Source of the DNA: Promethearchaeota archaeon
GTDB taxonomy: Archaea > Asgardarchaeota > Odinarchaeia > Odinarchaeales > JBHLKK01
Assembly (NCBI GenBank): GCA_048939465.1
Contig: JBHLPL010000006.1
Location: 1,256 to 33,255 of the forward strand
DNA length: 32,000 nt
Direction: 5' to 3'
This document shows, one piece after another, positions 1 to 8,887 of the stretch; the stretch's first letter is position 1; the number at the start of each line of letters is the position of its first letter. The notes beneath the pieces were generated by a model, which worked only from the letters and a program-made list of their open reading frames with translations, ran no database searches and had not been told where the DNA came from. A program made the translations under genes and the position numbers.

Positions 1-16
1 TCATGGGCGGGCAACC

Positions 17-2671
17 TTGTCATACACTCCAAGACTCGACCAATTCGCTGCCGATAATGAAGATTCTGACAGAACAGAGAAACGATCTTCGCCGTCTGAA
101 CCTGTCAAGACAAAGTCGGGAAGTGAAAGAACAGAACCTGATACTCAAAGAGTTACGCCAATGAATACAGATCCTTGTCTTCTTCTGAGCGTTTCTTACG
201 ACGGTAAGAAAGAGCGTGCCTTTGCACGGCTTTATGACCTTGAGAGTAGGAATCTCTACTTCTGGTACGATAATACGAACCATAAGCCTTACTGCATATC
301 CGATTTGGGCGAAGAGGAACTTCGCAACATGCCCAAAATTGTCAACCATAGAGGCTTCTCCGGTTTTGAGACAGTAGAGAAGTCTGATCTTCTGCATGAC
401 AGAGATATTAAGGTAACCAAAATCATCGCAAATGATCCCCTTTCTATAGGAGGCAGTTCAGGATCAATACGAGACATACTAACAGGGGAGAAACTGAAAG
501 TCTGGGAGGCATATATACGTTATCACCACTCCTACATTATGGATCGGGGACTCGTTCCTGGGCTTCTTTATCAGATTAGGCAAGGGAAGCTTGTCCAGTC
601 AGACGTTAAACTCCCGGAAAATGCTCAAAAAGAGATTCTAAGCATTTTCTCTGATGAGCAAGAAGAATTCAAGAAACTCGCGTTGGAATACTCTCCGATA
701 TTTCTCCAGCCTGCTCCAGATATTCGCCGGGTTGCTATTGATATCGAGGTTTATACGCCAGTTGCAGACAGGATCCCTAATCCTGCTGAGGCCGAATATC
801 CTGTGCTGGCAACTTCGATAGTATCAGACGGCGGTATCAGAAAAGTACTGGTGTTGGAGTCGCAAGATATGGAAAAGGGAGATCCCCCTGAAGATCTTCC
901 GAAAGATGTTACGGTGGAGTTTTTTGATGATGAGAGAAAACTCATCTCAGAAGTGTTTAGAGTCTTGGGTGAATACCCGCTTGTTCTGACATTTAATGGG
1001 GACAACTTCGATTTCAATTACCTTTGGCATAGGGCACATAGGCTAGGTTTTTCTAGGGAGGATATTCCAATTATATTGGGAAGAGATTCTGCGTCATTGA
1101 GATACGGTGTTCACGTAGATCTTTATCGGTTCTTTCATAATCGGTCAATTCAGATCTACGCCTTTTCCAGAAGATATCAAGATAGTAGGCTGAACACCAT
1201 AACAAGGGCTTTGTTGAATGTTGGCAAAATAGAATTGCAGAAGGACATATCGCGATTAACTCTTTATGAATTAGCTCATTATTGCTGGAACGACGCACAA
1301 ATTACTTTTGATTTGACGACATTTAGCAATAGTCTTTCGCTGAGACTAATCTTACTACTTATGCGGATTTCACACCTGCCAATTGAGGATGTTACAAGAC
1401 AAGCAGTATCGGGATGGATCAAAAACTTATTCTATTTTGAGCACAGGAAGAGGGGATATCTAATACCGCGACCTGAAGACATAATCCAGGAAAAAGGGGA
1501 GACTTCAACCAAAGCCATAATCAAAGGCAAGAAATACAAGGGAGCTGTAGTAATCCCCCCCGTCAAGGGTGTTCACTTCGAGGTTACAGTTCTGGATTTC
1601 GCCAGCTTGTACCCGAGCATAATAAAGCGATTCAACCTATCTTATGAGACCATACGCTGCCCTCATCCGGAGGACCGAAAAAACCCAATTCCTGAAACAG
1701 ATCACTGGGTCTGCACCAAGAAATTGGGTATAACGTCCCTAATAATTGGCCTCCTGAGGGATGTGAGGATTAGCTGGCTAAAACCCAAATCAAAAGACAA
1801 ATCCATATCAGAGGAAGTCAGAAACTGGTACTCTGTTGTGCAGCAAGCCTTAAAGGTATTTCTAAATGCAAGCTACGGCGTGTTTGGTGCAGAAATCTTT
1901 CCTTTGTACTGTCCGCCGGTGGCGGAAAGCACTGCCGCTATAGGTCGCTTTTCAATCATGAAGACGATTAAGGAGGCTCAAGATCTGAAGGTCCCCGTCA
2001 TTTACGGCGATACCGATAGTGTATTTTTACTGAGTCCCGACAGAGAGCAAATAGCTGAGTTGACTAAGTGGAGTTCGGAAGAACTAGGTATAGAATTGGA
2101 TGTAGATAAAGTATACCGATATATTGCTCTTTCCGAACGGAAGAAAAACTATCTCGGTGTTTTCGAGGATGGATCGGTAGACATAAAGGGACTTACAGGA
2201 AAGAAGAGAAATACTCCAGCCTTTCTACAGGAAGCATTCTTGGAAATGATAGACGCCCTAAGCGAAGTGAAGTCCCCTAAGGAGTTCTCCGAAGTTCGTG
2301 AGAAAATCCACGATATTGCACGGGAGAGCTACCGTAAGCTGGAAAGTCGAGAGTACAGTTTAGAAGAGCTGGCTTTTAGAGTTCAGCTGAGCAAGTCTGT
2401 CGGAAGTTACACTAAAACCACTCCTCAGCACGTAAAGGCAGCAAAGCAGCTTGTCGAACGGAAGAAAGAGGTTAAAGCTGGGGATATAATTACTTTTGTT
2501 AAGACAAAGAAAGAACCCGGCGTTCGCCCAATTGAAATCGCGTCCCTTAAGGACGTAGATATAGAAAAATACAAGGGTTATATACGGACCACCTTTGAAC
2601 AGGTTTTGGATGCCGTAGGAATTGAGTTTCAAGAAATAGTCGGGACGAGAAAGCTCTCTGAATTCTTCTAG
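17..2671 (+). CDS. polB1: Family B DNA polymerase, PolB1 (Sulfolobus Dpo1-like) type
   Basis: ExoI DIEV, ExoII FNGDNFD, ExoIII YCWNDA; polymerase motifs LDFASLYPSII, KVFLNASYG, YGDTDS; B1-type N-terminal segment LYDLESRNLYFWYDNTNHKPY; C-terminal PIP-like RKLSEFF. TTG start uncertain. Confidence 0.93.
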   Translation: MSYTPRLDQFAADNEDSDRTEKRSSPSEPVKTKSGSERTEPDTQRVTPMNTDPCLLLSVSYDGKKERAFARLYDLESRNLYFWYDNTNHKPYCISDLGEEELRNMPKIVNHRGFSGFETVEKSDLLHDRDIKVTKIIANDPLSIGGSSGSIRDILTGEKLKVWEAYIRYHHSYIMDRGLVPGLLYQIRQGKLVQSDVKLPENAQKEILSIFSDEQEEFKKLALEYSPIFLQPAPDIRRVAIDIEVYTPVADRIPNPAEAEYPVLATSIVSDGGIRKVLVLESQDMEKGDPPEDLPKDVTVEFFDDERKLISEVFRVLGEYPLVLTFNGDNFDFNYLWHRAHRLGFSREDIPIILGRDSASLRYGVHVDLYRFFHNRSIQIYAFSRRYQDSRLNTITRALLNVGKIELQKDISRLTLYELAHYCWNDAQITFDLTTFSNSLSLRLILLLMRISHLPIEDVTRQAVSGWIKNLFYFEHRKRGYLIPRPEDIIQEKGETSTKAIIKGKKYKGAVVIPPVKGVHFEVTVLDFASLYPSIIKRFNLSYETIRCPHPEDRKNPIPETDHWVCTKKLGITSLIIGLLRDVRISWLKPKSKDKSISEEVRNWYSVVQQALKVFLNASYGVFGAEIFPLYCPPVAESTAAIGRFSIMKTIKEAQDLKVPVIYGDTDSVFLLSPDREQIAELTKWSSEELGIELDVDKVYRYIALSERKKNYLGVFEDGSVDIKGLTGKKRNTPAFLQEAFLEMIDALSEVKSPKEFSEVREKIHDIARESYRKLESREYSLEELAFRVQLSKSVGSYTKTTPQHVKAAKQLVERKKEVKAGDIITFVKTKKEPGVRPIEIASLKDVDIEKYKGYIRTTFEQVLDAVGIEFQEIVGTRKLSEFF

Positions 2672-2813
2672 TGTGAATGGAATGACACCACGAATAGAAA
2701 ACCTGATAGAGTTTTACGCACGATGCTTGCCAATTCAGTCGTAACGGTTCTCTCCGATAAAGTTAAAACCAAAAAGACCCAAAAGATATTCAGCAAAGAA
2801 ATGGTGGGTACTT

Positions 2814-3821
2814 ATGGAAAGAAGAGAAATTCTTATGCAGGGTATAAGATTGGTCGCAGATCCGATTTCCTTGAAGATGACTCCTTCGGCTTTTCTGGCA
2901 GATTATGGAGGTTACGCGGAAGAAGTCGCGGTTGTGGCAAAGCATGAATCTGGTTATGCGTTTTATCCGAGTCAAGAAGTCCCAGTTCACAACCAGTTTG
3001 GCACGTTCTTCTCGAAGTTCACTGAGGTATCAGAAGACATATTAAAGGTAAATGCCGTCATTAATACATTCACAGACAGCTACATGGGGAAAGATCCGAA
3101 GTTTGCTTCTGTTAGAAGCGGAGGAACTCCAAACGAGGATTTTATGTGCCCTACGCAAGAAAAGGGCTGGGAGTACTTAGCCGCTGCAGCAAAGGAAGTA
3201 GCAGAATACCCGATAGAGGAAATCATTTTAGTAGGAAACACCTTCGTTCAAAAGGACTTTTGTTTCTGTGAAAATTGCAAGAGCGAATTCGGGCAAATAG
3301 GAGGCATCCAAAGTGACTTCAATTATGACAGAATTTCATTGGATCCTGAAATGCTCTCGAAATGGTCAGAATGGCGCAGTGAAAAGCTCACTACTGGTTT
3401 AATCCGTATTGTGGATGCCATACATAGCGTCAAAGGTGATCTGGATGTCTCAATAGAAGTATACCTGGATCCGGAAACCAGCTTCTCGAAAGGAACTGAG
3501 GAGACTTACGCACAGAACATTGAAGGACTGGCCAAGGAGACTAAGAATCTCACCCTTAACGTATTTCCGTGGACGCCCCTCCTTCCGACCCCTGGTTCCG
3601 AAGAGTTCCGAGCAGTAGTTCAGCGACTCGATTTCACAAAGGAGTTGGTTGGCCGGCAAGGAGTTAAACTGTCCATACTTCACTGGAGGATTGATGACGA
3701 GACTGATCTAAATAGCTTGAAATCCATGGCAAAAGAAATCAACGCCCAAAAAATACTTGCTTATGCCGATTACCCAGCCAGCTATCGCTTCTGGCGAGAG
3801 GCACACCTGGGGATAACATAG
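2814..3821 (+). CDS. Hypothetical protein; putative glycoside-hydrolase-like (GHL10/YddW-like) TIM barrel with CxCxxC motif
   Basis: 335-aa ORF with SD-like GGTGGG upstream. The segments VVAKHESGYAFYPS, FMCPTQE..EYL...AKEV..Y and DFCFCENCKSEF follow the GHL10-like pattern; the usual catalytic-strand Asp appears absent (IILVGNTF). Confidence 0.45.
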   Translation: MERREILMQGIRLVADPISLKMTPSAFLADYGGYAEEVAVVAKHESGYAFYPSQEVPVHNQFGTFFSKFTEVSEDILKVNAVINTFTDSYMGKDPKFASVRSGGTPNEDFMCPTQEKGWEYLAAAAKEVAEYPIEEIILVGNTFVQKDFCFCENCKSEFGQIGGIQSDFNYDRISLDPEMLSKWSEWRSEKLTTGLIRIVDAIHSVKGDLDVSIEVYLDPETSFSKGTEETYAQNIEGLAKETKNLTLNVFPWTPLLPTPGSEEFRAVVQRLDFTKELVGRQGVKLSILHWRIDDETDLNSLKSMAKEINAQKILAYADYPASYRFWREAHLGIT

Positions 3822-3912
3822 CTTCTTTCTGTTTCTTTCAGCTTCAATTAGAATCATAGGAGACAAGTTGGCTAATTCCCGATCTGCTTGGACCAATGAC
3901 AGGTGAGAGCAA

Positions 3913-4770
3913 TTGAATCTTGAGAAAGCCATTGAGAAGCTTGAGAATACCTATAGGGCTATGTTGAATGGAGATTTCACTCCTGAAGAAGAAGCCAGGG
4001 CAAGAGTTCAAATGCTGAGCTTCCTCTCAACAATTCGTGCTGCAGCTCTTGCTTCGACTGGAAGAGCAGCAGAGTCTCTTGCTGATAAAACAGAACATAT
4101 CAAGAACCTGCTCATCGCCTTTGATCCTTACGGTCCTTGGTTTAGGGAAGTAAATGAGCTTGTCGATGGAATATACGATCTAATAACAACCGCAAAAACA
4201 ATTAGACTTGAGGAGACGATTCAAAGACCTCCGGCAAACTTGGATGCGAGACTCAACGAGCTTAATCAGAGTCTTGAGAAGTTATCTTCAACAGTCTCTT
4301 CTGAAGTATCAACACTCAGAAAAGAAATAGATTCATTACGTCTTCTTGTATCTCGAATTGCCGAGGCTGTTCCTCAAGTCCGACTGCCGCTTGAAGACGA
4401 ATCTTTGGACCGACCTACAGAGAGCCTTCTGGTCGAGCCAGAACCAGAGTTAGTCAAGAGGTCAACGGCAGAGGAAGAGGTTTCCGAAGAAGAGTCTGAT
4501 ATCATCGAAGAATCACCGCTGACAGGGAAACAGCATGAAGCAGTTACTGAAGAGAGAGACGATGAGGAAGACAACTTCCGCGAACTTATTGGACTTGAGA
4601 GAAAAAGATACTTGTTGGAGAAGAACTTGGAGAATCTGGAGGATTCAGTAAAAAAGGGTCTGATTCCTGAAGACGATCACGAGAATATCTCGGATGAACT
4701 CAAAGATCAACTGAATGATGTCCTCGAGGAGATTGAAAAGATACAGAGAAGACTGAAGAACGTCAAATAG
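3913..4770 (+). CDS. Hypothetical helical/coiled-coil protein with acidic linker and C-terminal SHOCT-like hairpin
   Basis: 285-aa ORF; heptad segment LDARLNELNQSLEKLSSTVSSEVSTLRKEIDSLR; E-rich linker; C-terminus LENLEDSVKKGLIPEDDHENISDELK. Confidence 0.6.
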   Translation: MNLEKAIEKLENTYRAMLNGDFTPEEEARARVQMLSFLSTIRAAALASTGRAAESLADKTEHIKNLLIAFDPYGPWFREVNELVDGIYDLITTAKTIRLEETIQRPPANLDARLNELNQSLEKLSSTVSSEVSTLRKEIDSLRLLVSRIAEAVPQVRLPLEDESLDRPTESLLVEPEPELVKRSTAEEEVSEEESDIIEESPLTGKQHEAVTEERDDEEDNFRELIGLERKRYLLEKNLENLEDSVKKGLIPEDDHENISDELKDQLNDVLEEIEKIQRRLKNVK

Positions 4771-4824
4771 AGTTTCTTGACATACCCGGAGTCCTCGTAT
4801 TCAGGAGCTAATTCTTCACTACGA

Positions 4825-5514
4825 CTAGAAAGCCTTTGTGTTCTCTATCCTAAACTCCCTCTGTTTTCCTAAACGTTCACCACACTCTGGACAGAACTGA
4901 GCTTCTTCTCCGACCTTAGCCCCGCAGATTGCGCAATAATCATCATTTGAGCTTCTCCGATTATCAACCCTATTGGAATCGCCTTTAACACTGAGGTTCT
5001 CAAGAATTTCGAAATTGAATTCTGGCTCTTCCACATTTGATTCTGAAGGTTCTGTAAAGAGCGAGGATAAATCTACAGTCTCCTCATTTTCAGTCTCTCC
5101 TTCAACATCAATTATCTCCTCATTGTCCACCCGAACAGAGGATATCCAGCCGAGGTCGGCCTCTTTCGAGCTCATTCTCTCCTTTGCAGCGTTTATGATA
5201 CGCTTGTGAAACTCACTTTTCAGACGTTTGTAGTCTTCTTTGGTTAATCCGAGCAGCTTCAAAGCCAAATCCCGTTCAACACAAGGTTTCTCCAGACCAC
5301 AACAGTAGGATAGACTACCATAGCAGGTTATTGCAGAGGCTTCATTTTCAATGGACGTTTTTATAGGCTCTATCCTCCTGTTTCCTATGAGCAAGAATTC
5401 TCCTGACTGTTTTATGTTTAATAGGGCTTCTGCCTGAACTGCATCCAGTACATCTTCTGCCGAATAGATGTTGCCGTTAATCACAATAATACCCTTGGAA
5501 TTATCGTACATCAC
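4825..5514 (-). CDS. Protein with a methanogenesis-marker-9-like Cys-rich domain, acidic linker and C-terminal double-CxxC zinc ribbon
   Basis: TCYGSLSYCCGLEKPCVERDLALKLLGLTKEDYKRLK matches the recalled marker-9 repeat (TCFGSLxWCC...KPCxxRD.....S.EEY..LK); C-terminus CAICG...FCPECG; SD GGTGAGG upstream. Confidence 0.65.
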   Translation of the reverse strand: MMYDNSKGIIVINGNIYSAEDVLDAVQAEALLNIKQSGEFLLIGNRRIEPIKTSIENEASAITCYGSLSYCCGLEKPCVERDLALKLLGLTKEDYKRLKSEFHKRIINAAKERMSSKEADLGWISSVRVDNEEIIDVEGETENEETVDLSSLFTEPSESNVEEPEFNFEILENLSVKGDSNRVDNRRSSNDDYCAICGAKVGEEAQFCPECGERLGKQREFRIENTKAF

Positions 5515-5781
5515 GCCTCACCAAAATCCAACATGAACAAGCAAGGTTTCTTCTCTCTGAAAAATAAATGTTGACTCGATTTAGGTAGTTCTAACGGATT
5601 AATCCTCTTCCTTCCCTGTTTTTGGCGCCCCTGACACTACGTGGATAATACCAGAAGATACCAGTAAGAGCAAAAAGCAACAAAAGGAAATTACTTCTTG
5701 TCTTCTGACCTCTGATCGGACTCTCTTGGGAAAGCAAAGATTTAAATATAACACCGTTATAATATCTCTCGGGAGTTGTAC

Positions 5782-6966
5782 ATGAAGAGAACGGTATATA
5801 TGGACAATGAGAGATCAACTCAAGTGGCAAAAGAAGTCTTAGACTCTATGGTTCCCTACTTCACAGAGTATTATGGTCATCCGGCTTCAATTCATGGACT
5901 GGGAGAGCGAGCGCATGATGCAATTGATGAAAGTGCAGAGACAATAGCTCGATCAATAAATGCAGGATCCAATGAGATCGTTTTTACCTCAGGAGGGACA
6001 GAGGCAAGTGATTTGGCAATAAGAGGCATCATCTACGCCAACAAAGACAAGGGTAGACACATGATTACGTCTAGAATTGAGCATCCATCAGTGATGAGAA
6101 TAACAGAAGAGCTTTCAAAACAAGGGTTTGAGGTCGACTATGTCAACGTAGATGAGAAGGGTTTCGTAGACCTAGAGGAATTGCAGCAGCTGATTAGAGA
6201 TGAGACTGTTTTGGTAAGCATAGCGCATGCAAACCACGAGATTGGATCGATTGAGCCAATAAAGGAAGTAGGAGAGATATTAAGAAACCAGAATCATAAG
6301 ATATATTTTCATGTTGATGGCCAGTCATCCTATACAAGACTCCCCATAGATGTTGCAGAATTCGATCTGGATGCATTAACGCTAAGCGCACATAAAATAC
6401 ATGGTCCCAAAGGTGTGGGTGCGCTCTATCTGAAAGAGAAGACAAAGATTGATCCGATACTCTTTGGATATGTCTCGCTATCAACATTAAGACCCGGAAC
6501 AGAGAATGTCCCAGGAATAGTCGGCTTTGCAAAGGCTGCTGAGATAGCTTTAAAGAATATCGATGAATATGTGGCTCATATGAGGAGTCTAAGAGATGAA
6601 TTGCTTGAAAGGATCGGAGAAACTATCCCTGAGACTTTGCTTCACGGTCCGAAAGGAGACAGGCGAAGTCCGAGCAATGTTAATTTCTCTTTTAAGTACA
6701 TAGAGGGAGAATCAATAATGATGTATTTGAATATGAATGGGGTGTATGTATCAACAGGCTCTGCTTGTGCGTCACGAAAACTGGAGCCGAGTCATGTCCT
6801 GACAGCAATAGGAGTGCCAATAGAGATTGCACATGGATCAATACTGTTTGCTCTAAGCAGGTATAACACGAAGGGTGATGTTGAATATGTACTCGAAGTT
6901 CTCCCGAAAGTTGTTGGCCATCTGAGAAGTATGAGTCCCTTATGGGACAAAAAGCACGAGAGGTAG
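5782..6966 (+). CDS. iscS: Cysteine desulfurase, IscS/NifS (group I)
   Basis: FTSGGTEA, PLP-lysine motif SAHKIHGPKG, RPGTENVPG, catalytic STGSACAS. ATG 5782 preferred (GGGAG SD); TTG 5776 is an alternative. Confidence 0.93.
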   Translation: MKRTVYMDNERSTQVAKEVLDSMVPYFTEYYGHPASIHGLGERAHDAIDESAETIARSINAGSNEIVFTSGGTEASDLAIRGIIYANKDKGRHMITSRIEHPSVMRITEELSKQGFEVDYVNVDEKGFVDLEELQQLIRDETVLVSIAHANHEIGSIEPIKEVGEILRNQNHKIYFHVDGQSSYTRLPIDVAEFDLDALTLSAHKIHGPKGVGALYLKEKTKIDPILFGYVSLSTLRPGTENVPGIVGFAKAAEIALKNIDEYVAHMRSLRDELLERIGETIPETLLHGPKGDRRSPSNVNFSFKYIEGESIMMYLNMNGVYVSTGSACASRKLEPSHVLTAIGVPIEIAHGSILFALSRYNTKGDVEYVLEVLPKVVGHLRSMSPLWDKKHER

Positions 6967-6971
6967 GAAAA

Positions 6972-7367
6972 ATGGGAATTAAGTACAATAAGAAAGTGAT
7001 GGAGCACTTCATGCACCCAAGGAACGTTGGAACACTCAAAGATGCAGATACCGTCATAGAAGAAGGTAATCCGGTCTGTGGCGATATGCTTAGGATGTAT
7101 CTGAAGATTAAGGATGGCAAGATTGAGGACATAAAATTCCTTTCTTTTGGTTGTGCGGCGAACATTGCAACAGCATCCGTTATCACGGAACTAGCGAAAG
7201 GAAAGACTTTGGAGGAAGCGAAGAAGATAGGTATGAAAGATGTAGCAGAGAATCTTGATAATCTTCCGCGTATAAAGATGCACTGCGCAGCCCTGGCTGC
7301 CAAGGCCCTGCAAAAGGCAATAGAGGAATTCAAAGAACACGAAAAGGACAGAAAGGTCGAGGAATAG
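6972..7367 (+). CDS. iscU: Fe-S cluster scaffold IscU/NifU-N
   Basis: YNKKVMEHFMHPRNVG, NPVCGD, FGCAANIA, KMHCA (three Cys). ATG 6972 lies 5 nt after the iscS stop. Confidence 0.93.
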   Translation: MGIKYNKKVMEHFMHPRNVGTLKDADTVIEEGNPVCGDMLRMYLKIKDGKIEDIKFLSFGCAANIATASVITELAKGKTLEEAKKIGMKDVAENLDNLPRIKMHCAALAAKALQKAIEEFKEHEKDRKVEE

Positions 7368-7661
7368 TCAGTCAGAACCACCATGAATAAATGGAAGAAT
7401 AACAACAATATCGTTATCTGATATTTTTGTATCGAGTCCTTCCAATGCTGAAATCTCACGGTCATTGACTAGGATCAGAAGACCACTTCTTATATGGTCT
7501 CCGTCATCAAAGAGTTCAGACCTTAATTCTTTCTTAACATTCTTTGCTAGGATTCTTAGAAAGCCTTCAAGTCGAATTTGACCTGGTACTCTGATACTTA
7601 TTTCTGGCGTTTCACTCAGTCTCCTCAAGTGAGCATAGAAACGAACCCTGACTCGTGACAA
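7368..7661 (-). CDS. Ubiquitin-like sulfur carrier/modifier (Urm1/SAMP/MoaD family) with GG-SD C-terminus
   Basis: Beta-grasp pattern VRVRFYAHLRRL ... ILVNDREISALEGLDTKISDNDIVVILPFIHGG followed by SD-stop. TTG 7661 chosen because of GAGGATGG upstream; the ORF track extends to 7682. Confidence 0.85.
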   Translation of the reverse strand: MSRVRVRFYAHLRRLSETPEISIRVPGQIRLEGFLRILAKNVKKELRSELFDDGDHIRSGLLILVNDREISALEGLDTKISDNDIVVILPFIHGGSD

Positions 7662-7750
7662 TATCCATCCTCTCAGTGTCAAAGCAGATTTAGAGAATAG
7701 ATAAAGTTTTTGTGTATGCTCGTCTATAAAAAGTATTCCGAGGCTATTCG

Positions 7751-8887
7751 GTGGACGAGATGGAAATCACTTCATTCAAGATAAGGTATCCAAAGTTGGA
7801 GGATGACTGTACTCTTGTCAAAGGTGTCGTCAGGAGTCTAGAAGAGATGAGAGAAGATGAAATAACTTTTGTCGAACCATGTGCTGCAGAGGTAGGAAGG
7901 CTCATGGCCAAAATAACCCTTTCTGATGAGAAAGCTCAGAAACAGGGACTCTTTTTCGACAAGAGTATGTTGTGCGAGCTCTTTGAAGCATTTAAGGAGA
8001 GATTCTCCGAATTTGAATGCAGTAAGCTATTAGGCATAGTCAGGATAAAATGGAGAGGAAAGAACATATCACTCTTTGCTAGTGGCAGAATAAAAATCTC
8101 AACAGCCTTGAGTGAGGAGGACATCATGCGAATGCTTCACGATATCACTCGCTTGTCGTGGGGGGCAATGATCTGCAGCGTTTGCGGCAGTCCGGCGATA
8201 TATTGTGCTTCCGGAGCCTGCAATAAGTGTATTATTCACCAAGGAGATGAAACAAAAGAGGCCTTTGTCAGCGGCAAGCTACCAGGTCTGATTCTGACAA
8301 ATGCCCTAAACCAAATGGACCAAGCTATAAAAGAGCTGGAAGTCAATTATGAGAGACTCTTAAATAGGTTGATTAAGCAAGAGAAGAGTGACATATCACT
8401 TAGAGCTGCCTTGAAAAAGACATTGAAGACAGCCCAACTGAGCTTAGAATATATTCTTAGAGTAAGCAGCCCCGAAGATGCCCTAGCAGGATTCATGGTG
8501 TTGGGTTCTTCATGGAACCTCAGAACGGTGCTTGAAGCCGTGAAATGTATCTATGAGGAGATGGAAGCAGTCTGTGTCTTCTTTCAGGAAGTTGATAGAA
8601 CTCTTAGAGATTCTCTGTATAGTCTGTTAACGGGAGTGAATACAGTTCTTTCAATACTCTCTACCGGCTTCATGATCTTTGATAGAGAAGCCAGAGATTC
8701 TCTCGAAAGAAGAATCGGACTTCTCAAGAAAAGATTTCAAGACTTCAATAGAGGCAGTTTAGAGACACCAAAAAGACAAAAGGTTTTAGATACCTTGATC
8801 CATCTTATTGACTCGTTCTTAGCATTTGCACATCACCTATCCAAGATTCTCGGGGTGGAGTCTTTTGACAAAGGTGGAAGAGATTAG
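7751..8887 (+). CDS. Hypothetical protein, possible Fe-S/metal-binding (TBP-like N-domain, CxxC-x5-C-x3-CxxC cluster, helical C-terminus)
   Basis: 378-aa ORF; EPC...ISLFASGRIKI..ALSEED pattern recalls archaeal (Fe-S)-binding proteins; ICSVCGSPAIYCASGACNKC; overlaps the sufS start by 23 nt. Confidence 0.5.
   Translation: MDEMEITSFKIRYPKLEDDCTLVKGVVRSLEEMREDEITFVEPCAAEVGRLMAKITLSDEKAQKQGLFFDKSMLCELFEAFKERFSEFECSKLLGIVRIKWRGKNISLFASGRIKISTALSEEDIMRMLHDITRLSWGAMICSVCGSPAIYCASGACNKCIIHQGDETKEAFVSGKLPGLILTNALNQMDQAIKELEVNYERLLNRLIKQEKSDISLRAALKKTLKTAQLSLEYILRVSSPEDALAGFMVLGSSWNLRTVLEAVKCIYEEMEAVCVFFQEVDRTLRDSLYSLLTGVNTVLSILSTGFMIFDREARDSLERRIGLLKKRFQDFNRGSLETPKRQKVLDTLIHLIDSFLAFAHHLSKILGVESFDKGGRD

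Noticed and set aside
6692-7465. 257-aa minus-strand ORF
   Set aside because: Antisense to the well-supported iscS/iscU genes; no recognisable motif.
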